DNA of 63,489 nt, the filler included, from Dirinaria sp. TL-2023a (taxonomy: Eukaryota), in NCBI GenBank assembly GCA_051941275.1. It is 3 parts of 3 records of this genome, joined end to end, with 100 filler letters (N's around TTAATTAATTAA, not from the genome) between each part and the next. Parts side by side here need not be neighbours in the genome. Positions count along the whole stretch, not along the records: positions 42,450 to 63,489 come from JAVEBF010000270.1; 2 more parts are not named here. One strand, 5' to 3'. Below the pieces are notes generated by a model. It was not told where the DNA came from. It was given only the letters and a program-made list of their open reading frames with translations, and did no database searches. Positions 58,197 to 63,489 of this stretch are shown piece by piece; the stretch's first letter is position 1; the number at the start of each line of letters is the position of its first letter. The translations under genes were made by a program, and so were the position numbers.

Positions 58197-59150
58197 CAAT
58201 TATGAGAGGCCAGATGACGAAGAGCAAGGCCTATCTACCTTATATCCGACGAGTGACAGCATAAGTAGTCAACGAATTCATACAGATCGTTTGGTCTGGT
58301 AGAGGGAAAAGTTAAGTTTTCATGCTCGAGCTTCGTATATCTGTCGCGTGTACCTCTCGAGACAGTTTTAGTAACATCGGAAACCATTTTCTGTTTGTTG
58401 CGTGCCGTTCGTTCGTGCCTTGACTCGGCTACTTCACCTTCTGGCTCATAAGCGCCTCATGCGCTTGATCCGCTGGATCTTACATAACCCCTCAATTACA
58501 TCCATTTGGGATGGTAAAGTCGTTCGCTGCATGTTCTTAGAATTGCGATCAATTATGAAGAGAAATAGAATGGGTGAGTGTCAGATTTGGAGGTGAATTG
58601 GGAATATGTATGTGTATTGGTGCTCAATTGCCTAAAACTAAAGGAAGAACTTTTGTGAGCAGTAGATACCAGGGGTCTGCTGACTAATATACAATCTAAC
58701 CGCTTTCGTCAAACCATACTTGGCATTTTCTTAGTGGTGGTGAGTTTTCTCAGTCTCACAGTGAGTGAGGAAATCAATTATTATTACCCATGGTGAGTGT
58801 TTTGGGGCAGTGGAAAGCACCGCTTTTGAATTGCGGCTGTTTTGCAACGTTTTGCAAATGCCAAAGTACCTACTGTAATTTCAAAAACGCGACAGCAGCT
58901 CCTCCCTCCATTCTGATCCATATTCTTTGTCATGAAATTTTTAAACCCAAAATCTGCTCATTCTTAGTCCAATACCTGCACGAACAACAAGGGAAAGCTC
59001 TAGAGGCGCACACTGATTTCTCCTATCTTTTTTTTTTTTTTTTTTTTGAAAAACAAAAGCCTTACTACATCTAGTATACTTGTTCAAAGCTCGATCTGAA
59101 ATTAAACAAGGGATTCCTTAATCATCATGCAAGGTGCCCGCAAATTATTA

Positions 59151-59207
59151 ACCGGCGCGCCCCCTAATTCGACGTTAAGCGACCGAGGGACTAAGGGGTG
59201 CGCCGGT
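59151..59207. repeat. GC-rich imperfect inverted repeat / hairpin
   Basis: accggcgcgccccctaattc versus reverse complement accggcgcaccccttagtcc; the differences are transitions. Confidence 0.75.
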
Positions 59208-60612
59208 CATCCTTAGCTACCTTACATACCCGCTCTGGAAGAAGCTCTCCAGGTAAGGTACCAAAATTTGGAGTGCTAAACCAGATCCGGGAAAAACGCC
59301 TCCGCCACTGCTGGAATAACATCTCCTAGCCTTTATTCTGAGGCCAGGCTCATGTTATGAGCGTTGGCCATGCTATGGCAATTTGGATTCCGCATGGTAA
59401 TTTGGCTTTTCCAGGACGCCTTATCATATTCATCGCATGGAGATCAATCATGCGCCTGATCAGTGACACAATCATAAAAGCATACAATAATGATTAGCCA
59501 CTTTATCTTATCATGCTTGCTCGGTGAATTTTACAATTCTACGTATCTAGATATGTTGGGAAACAATTAACTATTCTATGATATGTTTAGTAGGGGGAAA
59601 GGGGTGAGTAGTTTCATGTATACAATTCTTGATAATTAGTGCTTGGCCGATGATTTTGCATTCTAAATTATTTTATTTGATTAGACTTAGCTGGCAGGGC
59701 TATTGTTCTGCGGCTACGATCAAAGATTTCCTCTAACAATGAGTAGAAAACATTGGATTCTTGTATGAATATAAGCCGGCCCCTCGCTCTCTTGTTATTC
59801 TATCATCCTAGCCTCTTGTACATACTCAGACCAATACATAGAGCTTCATAAAATTTCTACGGGGACGAGGGGGTATTAAATAATTATATTACCTTTTTTC
59901 GAAGAAAAGTGAGCAATGTCCTTTCTCTTCTCTATTCTTTATTTTTCTCATGCCTCTAATTTTGGTGCGTCATTGATGAGATAGAGATGTTTAGTACCTC
60001 CACTCTATGTTTTAATGTTATTGCCTTATTCCACGGCGTCGACAAATTGTAAATCATCGAAGTATAGATCGATGAAGCATTAGGTGTACTTGTCTACACC
60101 TCGAAAATCGCTGCTTTCATGAACAGCGAGACAAAGCATAAGCGCAAGAAGATTGTCAGCAAAAAGTTCGTTGATTTGATAAGGACAGTACTGGAACGTT
60201 TTTCCTACCTAAACATTCTCAAATCTATTATCTGATCTTGAGTTGTACCTTCAATCCTTATGATCAACCAGGGAGCAGAACATGTATTTAGAGTCCCAGA
60301 TTCAAAATAGTCTGAAACAGTTGAGGCAGGTAAGTGACTGTGATGATCCAATAATGCACGAACTAATACGAGTAATCTACCTCCTGCTTCTGGGAAGTGC
60401 ATAAATGAATGTGTCTACGATAATACAGTGGAGAGAAATGAATCGCGGCCGCGATGTCTAAAGGAATGTAATTCTCAAGTTAAGACCAAAAAGGAAACCT
60501 TCACCACCAATGACTGCTTGCGCATCCCGTTCCGAGCCTGAGATCAACCCCCTTCTTCTCGCCGTCGCCCCTCCCAACTCTCTGCCCCTAATCGATACAG
60601 TCGACGCGATGC

Positions 60613-61027
60613 TTAACAGTGACCTGAGTTGGGATCGCCCCTGATGTGGTCAGCAACAGCTATCTCTCGATAAAATTGACTTATTGACGTACCTGAATCT
60701 GACACCATTGAAAGTCTCTTGACCTCCGTGGCCGCAATTATCGATTTCGCGCGAGATGCTGCTGACGCAATTATCGTGCGAAACGGTAACGTCGTATTTA
60801 TTGTTATTCTGGATCTCGAAAACGAAACTCCGGGCATCCCTCCCGTTGCGGCACTCGTTGAAAACATCGTTCGGCTGGTAAGTTCGTGCCAATTTTTTGC
60901 AGGCATCGTCCAACCGATCCTTGGCTACACCATGGTCGCCCCAGTTTTGGCCCGACTGAAAGCACCTAGCGGATGCGGATGAGACGCAGGCGGCGGTAAC
61001 GAGCGCAAAAATGCTGAGGATTTGCAT
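60613..61027 (-). CDS. Small secreted 6-Cys protein, glycan-binding protein Y3-like pattern
   Basis: Signal peptide MQILSIFALVTAACVSSASA; mature RCFQSGQNW..AC..C..FVFEI..C..EIDNCGHGG..FR|GDPNSGHC*; intron 60641-60692. Confidence 0.85.
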
Positions 61028-63489
61028 GATGGACAAAGAGAATATTATGAGGAGTTAGTGAAGATAGCAGTAGAGAAAATCAGGATAGTAATAGTGGATA
61101 TTTGGATGAGTAGATTATGCGATGGAGAATTAATACAAAGAGCGAGATTGAGTCTTTATATAAGTCATCAGGTGGGAAGATATACGCTCGATTGTGGACG
61201 AGTTTTACAGCTCTGATCACAGACGGCTGTTCCAATGTTGCCAACGAATGCGGTCATCTTAGCTGAGGACGACCTGACACACCGTGTTTGAAGTCGAAAA
61301 TTTTCGAAGTACGGGGCCATTCGTCGATCCTTCATAGCAAAAGAAGAAGAGTCCGAGAAGCAAAGCTGAATTCCAAGGAACGGAAGCGCACCAAATTGGC
61401 TTGTGATCCGATCCTCGAATCTCGGTCGTAGGGATTCTCTTCAGCTCAACAGCTTGGCAGAGCGGTCGTGCGTAAAGATTTGCTTTGCCAAGAGATGAAG
61501 CGTGTTCCAGAGATATTCTTCATTTGTCAACGTTTGCCTATTGCCGCACACACTGCATATTATGCTGCGTCGGAATCTCCGAGGCCAAGGCTCATAATGA
61601 CAAGTTAGTCAAGAACACAAGTCCAAGAAGCCTCGCCAAGGCATCCAAGATTTTCACCGGACATATATCTCATTAGGATATTCAGCTGTGTCAAATGCGT
61701 GAGTCGATCGTCATATACCAATTCAGCTGCCGACATCGAGTAAGCAGGAGTAAAAATCAAAGATAGCAATGATAGGAGTGACCAGATTATTTTTGCATGC
61801 TTCTCTTAATTCTTGGCATCCGTACTTTGATGTGTCCAAGGTGCGACCTGATAGACAGAGAGGTATGCTCAGTTTGTCTAGTCCAGCTCATGACCATGAG
61901 TGATGAAAAATCACAGCTCAGATTTTTCTATCCAGCAGTAGTTTGAACGCAGATTTTACACTTCGGCAAAGTCGCGTCGCGATTCGCAGCTTTTCTGGAA
62001 TGGCGTCTGAATTAAATTATCTCTAAGGGCACTGTAAATGTCGTTGGTTTCAACGCTTTGCTAGAAGCCGTTTGGACAATGGTTGGCTAAAAAATTGATT
62101 TCTAGTGAGGCCAGCCGAGGATCGCCAAGCACCCAATGTAATAATAAAGCAGTGGATGAAGATCCAAGTGTCTAGATAGATGTTCGGTGATTGCCAACCT
62201 CGGAGAAAAACTACAGAAACGGCACGAGGCAGACCACATCGAGACTCTTGAAATCGACAGCCTTATGGCAAAGCCTGCTGGGCTCAGACACGGATATCTA
62301 CCTACCTTAGGTAGGGAACGGTTGATTACGTGAGACCAAGGAACGCCTCCGCAGCAACTGCTGATTGCTGCCTAGCTTGATGGGGCCAAGTGTTTAGATG
62401 CTACCGTACCCCAGCGGATACCTCGGGTATCGATTTTCGCGTACCTTACTTTTATACCCCATACGAAAGTACTCGTACCTTCACTCACGTCAAGACTAGG
62501 TCGTCTAGGCGATTTCTAGATGAAATGCCAGGCCTTACTCGTACAAGCGCATGGCAAGTACAGAGTTGGGCCCCCTGGGTGATATTATCAGGTGCTCACC
62601 CAAGTGACATTCAGTCGATCAAACCAGTGGAGCTGATTGCGCTAGCCATTTTTTATGGCATTGGCCTCCGTATTATTATTGTTGGACAGTCTGCTTACAC
62701 TAGGTATGTGTATCTACCTAAGGCGCCAGTTCCACTTACCACTTCCCCCACCACATCAGTCGATACCCAACATATTTAGTGGTTATGATGCCAATTTTAT
62801 GCTTCCAATATCAGCGGAGCACCCAATCGCAACCCGGCAGGACATATTGCGTTCCCATCGCCTCCCGACCAACCTCATTTGCATTCGATAAGGCAGTCTC
62901 GCAGGCTTCCAAAATCGCCCATCAGCCTAGGCCAGATATCATAGAGCGACTTTTTTCAGCGCCGATCGCAGCATTTTGATGCCTCCAGGGCGAGGTACTG
63001 CAAATGGCAGTTTCGGAGCGATTCAAGCCGTGTCGATTCTGGCGCCCGTGAAAGCCAAAATGGTTCTTCAAATGTAGAGAGGGAATAACATTCACAGAAG
63101 TATCGGACTCAAGTGACCACCCTTTTTCCAAAAACAAAATTAAAACAAAGGAGAAAGAGAGAAAAAAACTTGAAGTAGTATCTCAAGTCAATACTTCAAG
63201 TTCCAGGCTGTGCATTCTCCTCGAAAATAAATTCATCACATTATCATATAGTTTCAATACAGCAATTCGGGCGATGCATTCAGAAGCAATTCCTCAAAAC
63301 CCTCGACTCTTCCTCTCAATCTCCAAAAAAGTCTCCGGTGTCATACTTTTCGGAGCGAAGATCGCCCAAAAATTGCGTGACAATTCTTGAGAAGATCGTG
63401 ATATATCATTATCACATAACAGAATTTTTCTTCAACAAATATATGGCTCGTTTTTGGAGAAGGAGGAATGCAATTGACTTCTGATTGAG

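Noticed and set aside
61300..63489. ORF fragments near the window end
   Set aside because: No family motif, transposase/RT signature or credible splice model.

Overview
Eukaryotic, intron-containing DNA from a filamentous ascomycete (Pezizomycotina). The secreted-protein families in the last third resemble those expanded in lichen-forming Lecanoromycetes, which is an inference. The window is not one locus: two artificial 100-bp linkers (44 N + TTAATTAATTAA + 44 N, at 21129-21228 and 42350-42449) join three contigs of about 21.1 kb, apparently sorted by size. Contig 1 carries an allantoate-permease-family MFS transporter, an epoxide-hydrolase-like enzyme, a Cys-rich FAD/NADPH reductase lacking a flavodoxin domain, a VIT-vWA protein, arginyl-tRNA synthetase and two hypothetical proteins. 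Contig 2 is housekeeping-dense (cis-prenyltransferase, ING/PHD protein, RPL8, FLVCR-like MFS, PSA1, OB-fold protein, GUT1, NCS6). It also holds a 4-exon, 56-aa Cys/His microprotein missed by the ORF track and a structured RNA in RPL8 intron 1. Contig 3 is gene-sparse and accessory: a His/Met-repeat membrane protein, a GT2 pseudogene, a LaeA-like methyltransferase, and three secreted effector/toxin-like proteins around a Thr-rich single-pass membrane protein. All gene models were spliced by eye and no database searches were run.
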